DNA of 62,907 nt, the filler included, from Chiloscyllium plagiosum (Eukaryota), in NCBI RefSeq assembly GCF_004010195.1. It is 3 parts of one record of this genome, joined end to end, with 100 filler letters (N's around TTAATTAATTAA, not from the genome) between each part and the next. Parts side by side here need not be neighbours in the genome. Positions count along the whole stretch, not along the records: positions 23,900 to 48,753 come from NC_057712.1; positions 48,854 to 62,907 come from NC_057712.1; 1 more part is not named here. One strand, written 5' to 3'. The notes below the pieces were generated by a model. The model worked only from the letters and a program-made list of their open reading frames with translations, was not told the origin of the DNA and ran no database searches. Below, one piece after another: positions 38,915 through 50,846 of this stretch; the first letter of the stretch is position 1; each line of letters begins with the position of its first letter. Both the position numbers and the translations under genes were made by a program.

Positions 38915-39247
38915 CAGGGGATTTTGATATCACTGGCCAGCCAGCATTTATTGCCAATCTTTTAATGGCCAGAAAGCAATCAAGCACATCGCTGTTGGTT
39001 TGGAGTCCCTTGTAGGCCAGACCAGGTGGGGACAACAGACTTCCTTCCCTAAAGGACACCAGTGAACCAGATGGGTTTTTTTCTGACAATTGGCAGTGGT
39101 TTCATGGTCATTAGATTCTTTATTTCCAGATTATTATTGAATTCAAATTCCACCATCTGAGTAGGGTTCAAGGCCAGGTTCCCAGAATGTTCCTAGGTCT
39201 CTGGATGACTGGTCTAGTGCTAATGCCACCAGGCCATCGCCTACCCT
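38915..39247 (-). mobile_element. SINE family 2 copy
   Basis: Reverse complement of 6210-6562 (gccagcatttattgcc, ttccctaaaggac, gaaccagatg, ttcatggtca). Confidence 0.75.
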
Positions 39248-39799
39248 TAAGTTGCGTCATCAGTCATCCTTGCCTTTTTGAGATCAGATGTGTGGGGATC
39301 TTCATTGGTGATTGCACAGTAGTCCATTCTATTTCAGTAGCTTGCATACAGCAAGACCTGAATGTTATGACTAGAGCTGATATCTAGCACGAATGCTACT
39401 TGCCAGTCAATGATTATCTTAAACAATGTCATCTCCATGTTCAGTCACAGTGCCTCACTAAATCCTCACCAACATACTGGTGGATCAGAATTGAACAAAC
39501 CGGACTGAATAAACCACAAAGGTTTGGAATTCAGTGGTGAATAACTTATCTCTTGATTCTTCTGTAAACTTCTGCCTTTTTTTGTAGATGATGGATACAT
39601 CAAAAATGTGAAGGAATAAGCTCTGCTTGCTTTAGATGAGTTCAGCTCTGACAACACCCATAAAAACTTGATAGCATCGAGGGCAGCTCTCTTGATGTCA
39701 CCACATCATCATACACTCGCTCCCTTCACCACTGCAGTGTACTGCAGTGGCATCTGTGAAACCCATGGCCCACATAAAAGTACAAGGGCAAAGGGCTCT

Positions 39800-40075
39800 A
39801 AAGCCAAAAATAGCTGGAGAAACTCAGCAAATCTAGAAGCACCTCTAGACAGAAAGCAGCCTATGTTTTGGGTCAAGTATGAATCTTCAGAAGATGGGTC
39901 ACCATACCTGAAACATTGTCTCGATTATAGTGGTGCTGGAAAAGCGCAGCAGGTTAGGCAGCATCCGAGGAGCAGGAAAATCGATGTTTTGGACAAAAGC
40001 CCTGAAATATTGCCTGCTTTCTCTCCACAGATGCTGTCTGACCTGCTGAGATTTTACAGCAATTTGTTTTTGCTT
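39800..40075. mobile_element. Nested Penelope-type terminal fragments within an old LINE-B remnant
   Basis: gtggtgctggaaaagcgcagcagg...aaaagccc is flanked by a duplicated cctgaaaYattg, inside a second gctggagaaactcagca...tgacctgctgag element. Confidence 0.55.
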
Positions 40076-42045
40076 CATTTCCTGCATGAGCAGTTCTGTT
40101 TTTGGACAAAAGGCACATGTGAACACCGCCATCTTTGCCCCTCTAAGACCTATATCATCCTGACTTGCGACGATATTACTGTTCTAATTGTCTGGGAGGT
40201 TAAGCTCTCCCCAGTTGTACAGTTGATGGATGTATAGAGAGAGGCTGTTCACTGGGGTAATAAATGCTGACTTTTCCAGTGAAACCCATATCCCCAAGAA
40301 GGAATAAAATAAAATAGTTTATCCATTAAAGATCATGAGCCAAGCATGTGATATTCAAGGCACGATTTATTCTATTCACACCCCACTTTGTGGCACCAGT
40401 CTTAACTATGGCATGGAGAAGCCTTATTATAAGGTTAATGATTCCTTTCTGTTACAAATGTGAACTATTCAAATAACATATTCCTTATTTTGTTACTTGG
40501 CTTTAGATCCTAAATGCTAGAGTTAAGAGGATTTTACAAAAAATCACTCCAGGGATTTGGGCGTCATTGACAATGCCAGCACTTAACCACTCTCTGGACA
40601 GTTGGTGATAATGGGTTAGCCACATTGCTGTTTGTCTGTAGTCAGGTTTTCGCCAGATCAGACTGACTGACCTTTTGTGAACCAGGTGGGGGTGTTTGTG
40701 ATGATCAGCATTGGTCAAATGGCCACCAATGGGCAAGTGTTTTGCTCCAGGTTTTTGTCCTTAATTCAAGTAGCACTTTCTGCCATAGTGGGATCGAACC
40801 CGTGAACATCAGCCCTGATTACAAGTCAGTGATTATCACCATGACCCCCCAATTTAAACAAACTAAGTTTTGATCGCAAAAATCTGCTGTACGCAATGTT
40901 CTTGCCATCACTCTTAAAGCGCTAACTTTCATTAGGGCACCATTCCAAAGTTGCCTCGTCCTGTTTTTTTTTTGAGCTTGGGTTCCACTCATTCACTTGG
41001 AATCTCTCTAGGCTGGTGTTGGTTTTTTATCTGTTTCCCTAGACCAGGGCTGAACCCAATGTCGCAGTTCAATTGTTTCGGTAACTGAATGGGCAAACTC
41101 CACACAGGAGAGTGATCGATCCGTTGTCTGCTTTGTGGCTCATTTGTTCAAGATTGGGTGGCACCCTCTCGCCTGAGGACTGAACTATTTTCAGTGCCTT
41201 TCTTTTGCAGTTTGTTGTTTTTTTTGCCCCTGCTGATTCAGCTGAAAGATTAGCTTATTCGGATTGATTATTGGGGACACTCGCCTGGGAGCCTGTGATG
41301 CTGCAAGTTATGGGTACAACCTTTACTGCCATTGCAAATAGCCTTCTATTGAGACTAATGTTCCACAATTGGTTTGATTTTAAAAGACTGCCAAGGAAGG
41401 ATGATGGCCTCATGTAATTGGAGGCTCAACCAACAGTCCAAAATCCTGGAGGTGATGGGGATCTGCTCTGGTAGAAAGGAAAGTCTGAGGTGTGTGTCTC
41501 TGTTTGTGCCAATGTTCAGAGCAGAGGGGAAATCTCCTCTCGCTGATCTGTTTTGGCTCCATCACAACCTTGCCTGCTGGCAGCCTGGGCTCTTGCACCT
41601 ACCAGGAAACTACTCCAAAGTCCGGAATATTGACACTAAATCTTTCCCTCTGTCTCTTTGCTTATTGGCTACCTACCAGTATCAGATAGGTAGCCATTTC
41701 TGTTCATCTGCATTCAGTAAGCTCCCATTGGGAACCTGGCAGTTCGATGAGAGGGGGCAACAGGTCAAAGATTCCACACTACATGTCTGGCACCATTTGG
41801 GATAATGATGGCTAAAATTTGGAACCCTGGATGAGCTATAATCTATTTTGTTTTTGAGTGGATACAATTGCAGAACCTTTACTGTCATTTGAGCACATCG
41901 TTGCCAATACATCGAGTGAATGGTGTTCAGTGCAGAACACTGGTTTACTTAGTCAGAGATGAAAACAATTGCCCTAATTTTTTTTTTTGCCATTAGTAAT
42001 GGCCCCAAGTGAGAGGGTAGGGAGCATTAACTGAGCCCACCTCTC

Positions 42046-42343
42046 CTTTAGGTTAGATTCCCTACAATGTGGAAACAGGCCATTCGGCCCCTCCAACCGT
42101 CTGAATAGTAACCCACCCAGACCCATTTCCCTCTAACTAATGCATCTGACACTATGGGGCAATTTAGCTTGGCCAATTCACCCGACCTGTACATCTTTGG
42201 ACTGTGGGAGGAAACTGGAGGACCCTGAGGAAACCCACTCAGACACGTGTAGAATGTGCAAACTCCACGCAGACATCGCCTGAGGCTGGAATCGAATCTG
42301 GGTCCCTGGCACTGAGACTGCAGTGCTAACCACTGAGCCACCC
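42046..42343 (-). mobile_element. HE1-type V-SINE
   Basis: ttaggttagattccctaca tail, V domain and tRNA-like head. Confidence 0.88.
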
Positions 42344-43243
42344 TTGCTCTGACATTTCATCTTCGGTCACAAGGGCTGGTGGAATAATGATGGTTAAAAG
42401 CTGGAACCCTGGATGAGCTACACCTGTTTTAGTTTTGAGTAGATTGACTGCCATTCTACTACACAGTTACCAATACATTGAGTAATCAAGAAAGTTAATC
42501 GGACGTTATACTTTATCATATGGGGATTTGAAATGGTAATGTTATAGAAGCAGATCATTGGCTTACTAGACTAATGCCTGTAACAAGAGGATTGCCTTAA
42601 AGACTGGGTTGGACTGTATCCTCTGGAGCTTGGCGACTGATGGCTGAATTGAAATGTATACAACCATGAGGGGATTTGACCAGGTGATGTTAAATATTTC
42701 CTCCTGAGAGAATCCAAAAGCAGCCACTCTGTAAAGTAAGGGGATGCCCACCCACAATAGTTGAGAAGGTCACTTTTCTTTCCATCCAAGGGTTGAGATT
42801 CCTTCAAATTCCCTGCTGCAAAAGGCAGTGGGTGTGGAAACTTTTTAAGGCAGATGTAACTTTTTGATTACAAAGAGAATTGAAGATTGTCAGGAAGGTA
42901 GAGTTGTGATTTTAACTAGATAAGTCATGACCTTATCGAATGGTGGTCCAGATCTGACCTGGCAAGGGACCTACTCTTGTTCCTTTTCATAGTTTTTAAA
43001 AAAAAAAATTAGCTAAGGGAGCCGGAATTCAAGCTGGCATCAGCCTGATCTGAGGCTTGGCAGCTTATTGGGTAAACTACTTGTCTCTATTCTTAAGTAG
43101 TGAGCTGTATTCACCATACTCTATGACTCTATGATGTCGAGATGAAGAATGGAACATAGTTTGTGCCATTTGAAGTGTGAATTTTGATCTAATTTGCAAG
43201 TTAATAACTTTTTATAATAAACACTTGTCTCTCACTGTTTCAG

Positions 43244-43321
43244 GTCTTTGCATTTGTGGCCACCTTACTTTATACGATACATGCGGTAATGTCAATACTG
43301 AGATGGAAGAACTCCTCATGA
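43244..43321 (+). CDS. MAL: MAL-like gene B, last coding exon (exon 4)
   Basis: tttcag acceptor. Translates to VFAFVATLLYTIHAVMSILRWKNSS*. Confidence 0.93.
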   Translation, partial: VFAFVATLLYTIHAVMSILRWKNSS

Positions 43322-44859
43322 ATGCCAGGACAAGAAGCAAATGTCATTGAATCAGAAGATTTACTCCTTCCCAAACTTACTGATGTTGTTCTTTCCTTAT
43401 TGTTGTTTTACATCAATTCTCATTGCAACTGGTAACTATCATATTTACACATAACCATGATGCACAGAGGAGCTAACAATACCTTGAAATGTATTTAATA
43501 TTTAAAGGTTGGAGTACTGAAAGCTCCAAAGGACTGTGGCAGTCTGGAACTCCTTCCATGAAGTAAATCAAGCTTTAGTCTCAAACTAAATTTTAGATTT
43601 GTGTTTTTGGGGTAAGGGTATTTTAAAGGCTCCAGAATGAAGTCAGGTTGATGGTTTAAGCTATAGATACAGGTCATCCATGACCTAATTGATGGACAAG
43701 CTGAACCTCTGTTCCCTTATCCCGTGGTCAGCTCTATATTTTTATGCCAATGTTTACTGAACCATTTGAAGGACTGAGACCCTGCAAGCAGATAATTTTT
43801 ATTTTAAAACAAGTGGATCCAGAATCTTTAATCACATGGAGAATTTCTCTCGGGTTACAAATTGAGTGAGTGGATAATTCTCTTACCTCACGCATGTGTT
43901 GGGTGGGGGAAGGAAGCTGTGTTTTTTTTCTAAACCAAGAAAAATGGGGGGGCAATGTCGGGCTAACTTGGGAGGAAAAATAAGGGAGATGAGTCACAAT
44001 CCCAGAAAGGAACATGTTGGTCTTCTGCTCTACTTTAAATAGAATCTATAATGCTGCTTGAGTGCTATGAAATTCACTCCATCCAAATTCTCCTCTTCTT
44101 GTTGAATATTTTATACAGCAGTTTGTTTCAAAACTCATTTTGAGTCATTTATCCTTTCATTTATAGTAATCCTCACATTTCTGATTTTTCAAAAAATCAG
44201 TGGGTCTAATTTGTTTGAATCTCAATTTAAAATTTTGCCATTTTGTACTTTGGTATTTTGGCTGCAATATTATTTTACTTTATTGATGCTCTTTTTAAAA
44301 GCCTTGCTGTTGACTGTATAAAGCAACTTTGTGGTTTTTACCTCGTTTAATTTTCCTGTGAAATAAATGTATTGTTAAACATTTGGTTATTTTACCTGCT
44401 CTTCCACAATGGTTTAGTTTGAAATATTTTTAAAAATAAAATTCAGCTTCTATGGCCTCAAGTATTCAAGTGATTCAAAGTATTTAAAATCAAAGAACGT
44501 TCTTTTCTAAAAAAAATTTAATGTAGGCCACATTTGCCACCACTTTGTGTATAGCAACATCCAACATAGGATGTTGCTTACTTAACCAGATTTGATTGGA
44601 GTCCGCATGTTAATATCATCCCATTCCATCAATTCAAACTCTTCAGCTATAGCCAGCACCAACCCTATTTGGATGGAAGGGAAAACAATATGGAGTGGTC
44701 AGAAACCCCTGAAGTTAACCTGTAGCTCACAAAATGAAGATGCATTGTGGTTGATTTGGCTGCTGGCAGTCATGCAGCAAGGAGGCTTGAGTGACTGTTA
44801 CTTGGGAGATTTGGCACATAGGCCTTTATAGTTGCACAGGAACAGATGCCAGCCTCCTG

Positions 44860-45870
44860 ATTGACTTCACCCTCCGGTCTGTAGAGATGTAGCTAGTGAG
44901 GCGGTTGTTATAGTGGCTTTAATGTCTCAAAACTCTTGATTTGGAGAGGGTCCCATTAGGTTGGAAGAAAGCAAGTGTAGCTCAATTAGTCAACTAGGTT
45001 GGGAGGCAGAAAGTGGGAAACTAAAACTGGTAAAGAGGGTGCAAGGCTAAAGGCCATATTGATAGGTTAAGTGATTTGGCGAATGGATGATGAGATGGGA
45101 AAATGTGAAATCTAGGTGTTCTTGTACATCAGTCAATGAAAGCAAGCATGCAGGTACAGCAGGCGGTAAAGAAATGGGATGCTGGCCTTCATAACAAGAG
45201 GAATTGAGTATAGGAGCAAAAAGGTCCTTCTGCAGCTGTACAGGGCCCTGTTGAGACTGCACCTGGAGTATTGTGTGCAGTTTTTGGTCTCCAAATTTAA
45301 GGAGGGACATTTTGGCTATTGAGGGAATGCAGCGTAGGTTCTTCGCTGTCCACTACACCTCCAATTTTAGTGTCATCTGCAATCTTGCTAACTATACCTC
45401 CTATGTTCACAACCAAATCATTTATATTAATGACGAAAAGTAGTGGATCCAGCACCGATCCTTGTGGCACTCCACTGGTCACAGGCCTCCAGTCTGAAAA
45501 GCAACCCTCCACCTTTAAGCCAGTTCTGTATCCCAATGGCTAGTTCTCCCTGTATTCCATGAGTTCTAACCTTGCTAACCAGTCTCCTTGAAAAGATTGT
45601 GCAAGCTGAGCTCTTGAATATCTTTAAAGCAGAGGTAGATAGTTTCTTGGAGAGAGTGAGGACTGCAGATGCTGGAGATCAGAGTTGAAGAGTGGAAAAG
45701 CACAGCAGGTCAGGCAAAATCCGAGGAGCAGGAGAGTTGACGTTTTGAGTATGAGCTCTTCATCACGAATGAATGTAGATAATTTCTTATTAAGCGGTGG
45801 GGATGGTAAAAGTGGAAATGTGGATTTGAGGTTACAGTCAGATCAGCCATGACCTTATTTAATGGCTGGG
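44860..45870. mobile_element. CR1 fragments in both orientations, with a mini Penelope insertion at 45649-45774
   Basis: On + strand, [19 protein letters not shown]; on - strand, GVPQGSVL..ADDTK. Insert TSD gtagataRtttctt at 45635-45648 and 45775-45788. Confidence 0.75.
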
Positions 45871-46650
45871 TAAAAACGCCCTTATATTTCGGGCTTTATT
45901 GAATTCACGTGTCACAAGCTGCCATGTTGAGATTTGAGCCTGTGTTTCCATCATTCATTTGAACCCTGGGCTGGAATTTATGTTGCTAGTCGAGTAACAT
46001 ACTATCACACCACCATCTCCTTCTATGCTGTCTCCAGGCAGCATGCCCACTCATGATCCTGTGTCGGGAGAATCTGATTTGCAGAAGTCAGTAAAAAGTC
46101 ATTTAGCCTCTTTTTAGGACCTTTAAAGCTTTCAAACAATCGTGGAATTTGAGCTTCAGGCAAAAGAACCCAGCCTTCAACTATCAATAAGTCATTGACG
46201 ATTGCTTGAAATGGCCATGTGTTCAATTGACCACTTCAAAAATTCAGCAACATTCCTGAGTACATTCCAAATTCATAAGTTCCCTCCAAACCACTTACCA
46301 TCTTGACATCGATATATATCATAGCTGCTTCACTGTCGTTGGGACAAAATCCTGGAAACCCTCCCCGTTACATTGTGGGCATCAAATCAACTGCATCTCA
46401 TTACGCCTTCAAAAGGCAATTAGGGATAAATACTGGCCCAGTCAGTGATGCACATATCTCATGAGTGAAGTAAAACATAAAGCTGTGGGGTGTTGTAAGG
46501 GGAGGTGGTGCAGGGGGAATGTCCTTCAGATTATATTAGATTACATTAGATTACATTACAGTGTGGAAACAGGCCCTTTATCTCATGAGTGAAGTAAAAC
46601 ATAAAGCTGTGGGGTGTTGTAAGGGGAGGTGGTGCAGGGGGAATGTCCTT

Positions 46651-46980
46651 CAGATTACATTAGATTAGATTACATTACAGTGTGGAAACAGGCCCTTCGG
46701 CCCAACAAGTCCACACCGACCCGCCGAAGCGAAATCCTGGAAACCCACCCCTACATTTAACCCTTACCTAACACTACGGGCAATTTAGCATGGCCAATTC
46801 ACCTGACCCTGCACATCTTTGGATTGTGGGAGGAAACCGGAGCACCCGGAGGAAACCCACGCAGACACGGGGAGAATGTGCAAACTCCACACACAGTCAG
46901 TCGCCTGAGGCGGGAATTGAACCCGGGTCTCCGGCGCTGTGAGGCAGCAGTACTAACCACTGTGCCACCGTGCCGCCCAC
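46651..46980 (-). mobile_element. HE1-type V-SINE, full length and apparently young
   Basis: CpG-rich, nearly undecayed head and V domain; (taatc/taatg)n tail. Confidence 0.92.
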
Positions 46981-47334
46981 GTTCAGTTGCTAAACATGTA
47001 TTCTCATCTCCTGCAGCTTGCTGAAACTTCCCTTAATATTCAAGGCAAAAGTGACCAAAGTCTTCCTGTTTGAATACATCAACTCAGATGTACCTGCAAA
47101 GGATGTTTCTTCTTGTGGGAGAGAATCTGAAAGGAGAGGCTGACTGAAGATAGAGATGGATTCTTTCCCACTCAGAGGGTCACAAGTCTTTGGAATGCTC
47201 TTCCTAAAAAAAAAACAGGTGCTGCAGGATCTTTGAATATGTTTAAGGCAAAGGGGATAGATATTTGGTCAGCAATAATGGGGGTGCTAGGCAAGGTTAT
47301 TGCTGGTGTTGAGATGATCAAATTGAGATTTGTT

Positions 47335-48355
47335 TCTATTTATTCACAAGATGTGGGCATCACTGTCTAGGCCAGCATTTATTACCCATCCCTAATTGCT
47401 CAGAGGACACTAAACAGTCAAGCACATTGCTCTGGATCTGGGGTCATGTAGAAGTCAGACCAAATAAAGACAGAGGATGTTCTACCTGTTATGATGGTGT
47501 AAAGGTGTACTCTACCTTTAAGAAAGTTGAAAAGCTAGCAAGGACTGACAAAACACAGAGAGTCCTGAACAAGGTAACAATGTAACACTTGGTCGAAACA
47601 TATAGTTGCAGATGAGTTGCCAGGAAACAAAAACAAAATTCAAATTTGGACAATCAGTTTAAATTATGCCCCAAAATCTAATCAAATTTGAATTTAGTAT
47701 TTTGATGACATTAAAACCAATAGGAACAATCCAATGTTTTGAGGTATAAAACTGGACATTTTGAACTGTTAGAGGGAGAACTGTCAAGGATAGTTGAATC
47801 CACAAATATAGATTGCTAGCTGAAGAGCACTCTGACAGTACCTGTCTATAAGAAGTTTGCACAGCATAACATTGAAACTGACCAAGAGAAAATCTACAGA
47901 GGAAAATCTACAAAGGAGAATCGACAAAGCTGAGTGGTTTTTGAAATATGATTTTTGTTTGTAAATCTTAATCAGGATTTTATCAGACCAGTATTGTAGA
48001 GTGGGAGGTAAAAGAGAGGTTTAAGAGAAAGGAATTGTAAGTCATTGTTGGTTTTAATATTCTCTGTTGGACTTAAAGAATAGAATTGTTAATTTTTGCT
48101 TTAAATAGTGACCTCTGGGATAGTTCTTTGCCTCTAGAATTTTAACAGATTATGGTGTGAGTTGAGCTTCTTTTTGTTAAATTAGCAGAGGGTTTACCCT
48201 ATGTCATAACATACCCGAAAGGGAATTTGTGAATGGAATGGGCTTTGCTTGACAATCACAACAGTTTTATGGTCATGGTTAGACTTTTAATTCCAGATTT
48301 TGTGCTTAACAGATTCAACCACCACTGTCTGCTTTGGTGGGATTCGAACCCAGGT
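47335..48355 (-). mobile_element. SINE family 2 copy split by a solo LTR
   Basis: Tail at 47335-47486 and head at 48216-48355 (ggattcgaacccagg). Confidence 0.65.
47487..48211 (+). mobile_element. Solo LTR, 725 bp (Gypsy-like by 4-bp TSD)
   Basis: TGTTATGA...TCATAACA inverted termini; TSD TACC at 47483-47486 and 48212-48215. Internal CCAAT boxes and TATAAAA at ~47745. Confidence 0.85.
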
Positions 48356-48483
48356 AAAGCCCACATCCTGGGATTGAATTTGAAGAAGTTGCTCTTTGTG
48401 TGAGGGAGGTCAATACTTCAGCCATCCTTTGAATGAAGAACTTTTTTCTCACTTCTCTCCTGACTGGCTTGCCTCTGATCTTA

Positions 48484-48753
48484 AGACCATAAGGCCATAA
48501 GACATAGGAGCGGAAGTAAGGCCATTCGGCCCATCGAGTCCACTCCGCCATTCAATCATGGCTGATGGGCATTTCAACTCCACTTACCCGTAATCTCCCC
48601 GTAGCCCTTAATTCCTTGTGACATCAAGAATTTATCAATCTCTGTCTTGAAGACATTTAGCGTCCCAGTCTCCACTGCACTCTGTGGCAATGAATTCCAC
48701 AGGCCCACCACTGTCTGGCTGAAGAAATGTCTCCGCATTTCTGTTCTGAATTT
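48484..48753 (-). mobile_element. Young CR1 3' end, truncated by the assembly gap
   Basis: (gaccataa)n-type tail, then ggccattcggcccatcgag...attccacaggcccaccactgtctggctgaagaa. Confidence 0.8.
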
Positions 48754-48797
48754 NNNNNNNNNNNNNNNNNNNNNNNNNNNNNNNNNNNNNNNNNNNN

Positions 48798-48809
48798 TTA
48801 ATTAATTAA
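48798..48809. other. Artificial scaffolding linker TTAATTAATTAA
   Basis: Centred in the 100-bp gap 48754-48853. Confidence 0.9.
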
Positions 48810-50049
48810 NNNNNNNNNNNNNNNNNNNNNNNNNNNNNNNNNNNNNNNNNNNNTACATGTTGCGCCCCTGGTCCTGACCACTGTTAGGAGGTCTGTACAT
48901 AACTCCCACTATGGTTTTTTTGCCTTTGTGGTTCCTCAATTCCACCCACACAGACTCCACATCTTGATGCCATTACCCTCGACCTGCCTATCCATGAAAA
49001 CATTGTTCTTCAACTAGCCTTATCAATTCTTTTCAGAAGTGGGAAAAAGATCATCAAGCCATCTCTGAAATATCTATATTCCTTGGGTGTAAGTCTGTCT
49101 TATAAAATTCCTCCTCATAGTTTAACCCTTGAGGTCTGTTAGCATTTTTGTCTATCTGTGTTGGATTACTTCCAAGGACATCATATTTTTTCCAAAGTGT
49201 CCAAAAATTACACCATAGTCCAGATGTTGACTAACCAGCGGTCCATCACAAAGGCCAATATTACTTTAACATTTTGAATTTTTTGTTTGCGCGTGGCTGC
49301 ATTGTCATAATACACTGAACAAATCCAGTAATAGGCAAAGTAACCCATCTTCAATGGAAGGTGTTCAAGAAAGAATTTAATCTAATACAAAACCAATTTA
49401 TAGTTATAAAAGGCAAGAGCTCCACTTGCTAAAACAAAAGCCCAAGGACAACAAAAGAGTTAAGCAACAGCATAAAACCAGACGGAAAATACATGCTAAA
49501 AGGCAAAAGCAAACACAGGTCTTGGCAAATGAGAAAGGCACAGAGTGATGAAACACAGGCAGCTACACTAAGGGAATGCAAAATAAAACACAACACAATT
49601 AAATTCAGGAGATGCTGTCAGTGTTGTGGTAAAAACATTGGGAACTAGGCTGTCTCTGTGTTACCCATGTCTGTGTTCCATTAGAAGAATGCTGCAGAGC
49701 ATGGGTGGAGACGTGAGATTATTACCTTTTGGTTTTACTGACTCATGTTTTGAGGCACTTAATGCCCATAGGGTCATCAGGTTCAGGGGCAGGAGTAATC
49801 CATAACAGTTCCTCAAACAATGTGATTGCCGCTGATCTTCAAGTCACAACTCCGCCCATTCCCCACATCAGCTGATTCTGATGAAATCATTAATCTGTCT
49901 ATACGGCCTTTATTAATCTCATCATCCTCTGGGGACGAGAGTTGAAAGGATTCGCAATCCTTTGAGTTGCTTTTCTTGAGTTGACCTCCTACCTCAATGA
50001 TCAATCCTTTGGCTTGTAACTTCCAAACTGGATCCGAATTGTTTTCTCT

Positions 50050-50360
50050 ATTTGTTTGAGATGTGGGTGGCACTGGCTGGGCCAGCATTTATTACCCATT
50101 CCTAATTACCCAGAAGGCATTCAGGATTCAACCACATTGTTATGAGCATGGAATCACCTTTTGGCCCAATCAGGTAAGGATGGCAGATTTCCTTCCCTAA
50201 AGGACCTGAGTGAATCAGAAAGCTTTTTACAGCAGGTACTTAAAAAAAAATTGAATTCAAATTTTACCATCTGCTCAGGTGTGAGTTTGAACCAATGTGC
50301 CAAAGACTATTAACCTGAGACTATTAGAGCCCAGTGACGTTTTCAGTAGGCCATCCCCTC
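50050..50360 (-). mobile_element. SINE family 2 copy
   Basis: gatgtgggtggcactggctgggccagcatttattacccattcctaatt...ttccttccctaaaggac. Confidence 0.7.
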
Positions 50361-50846
50361 TTCTCAAATCTCCCTACTTCTGCCCCTGATCATTCACCCT
50401 TAAAGGAGTTTTCCAGCTGAGCTTCTGAGACGGGAGCCTTCCCAGTGGAACCAGTCCAGGAATCCGCGCTAGCAGCAATGGAGTGAATAAATGCCAAAAC
50501 CAAACATTCTATTTCAGAGCAGTTGCTGCCATTTTCACTGGCTTAACAATGAAGCCACTTTGACAGCTCCTTAAACAAGGGGCTAGGGTGGCAGTTGAGT
50601 GGGTGGCACCATACCAGGTTAGCTGTGTGTAGGCTGGCTGCTGGGCCAGGGGTAAGGTGGCACGTCAGGCATATGTGGGTTTAGTGTAGGGAGGTTAGGG
50701 GTTTGTGTGAACTGAGGGCTGTCATGGGAACAAGATCAGACTGGAAATCTGGGAGGGAGTCCGAAACAGGAATTGGAATGAGGATGTTAAGTGGTCATGT
50801 CTATAAGAGTTCAGATGAGTTGGGGGTCTATTTGGATGGGGTTATA

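Noticed and set aside
46900..46980. tRNA genes at SINE heads (also ~7310-7383, 38810-38886, 53885-53958)
   Set aside because: The A/B boxes belong to tRNA-derived HE1 SINE heads that continue into the V domain. I see no complete cloverleaf.
50432..50455. 'GSLPSGTS' resembling the LPSG motif of MAL exon 1
   Set aside because: There is an in-frame TGA just upstream, no PD..E motif or donor follows, and it is on the wrong side or strand for either gene.
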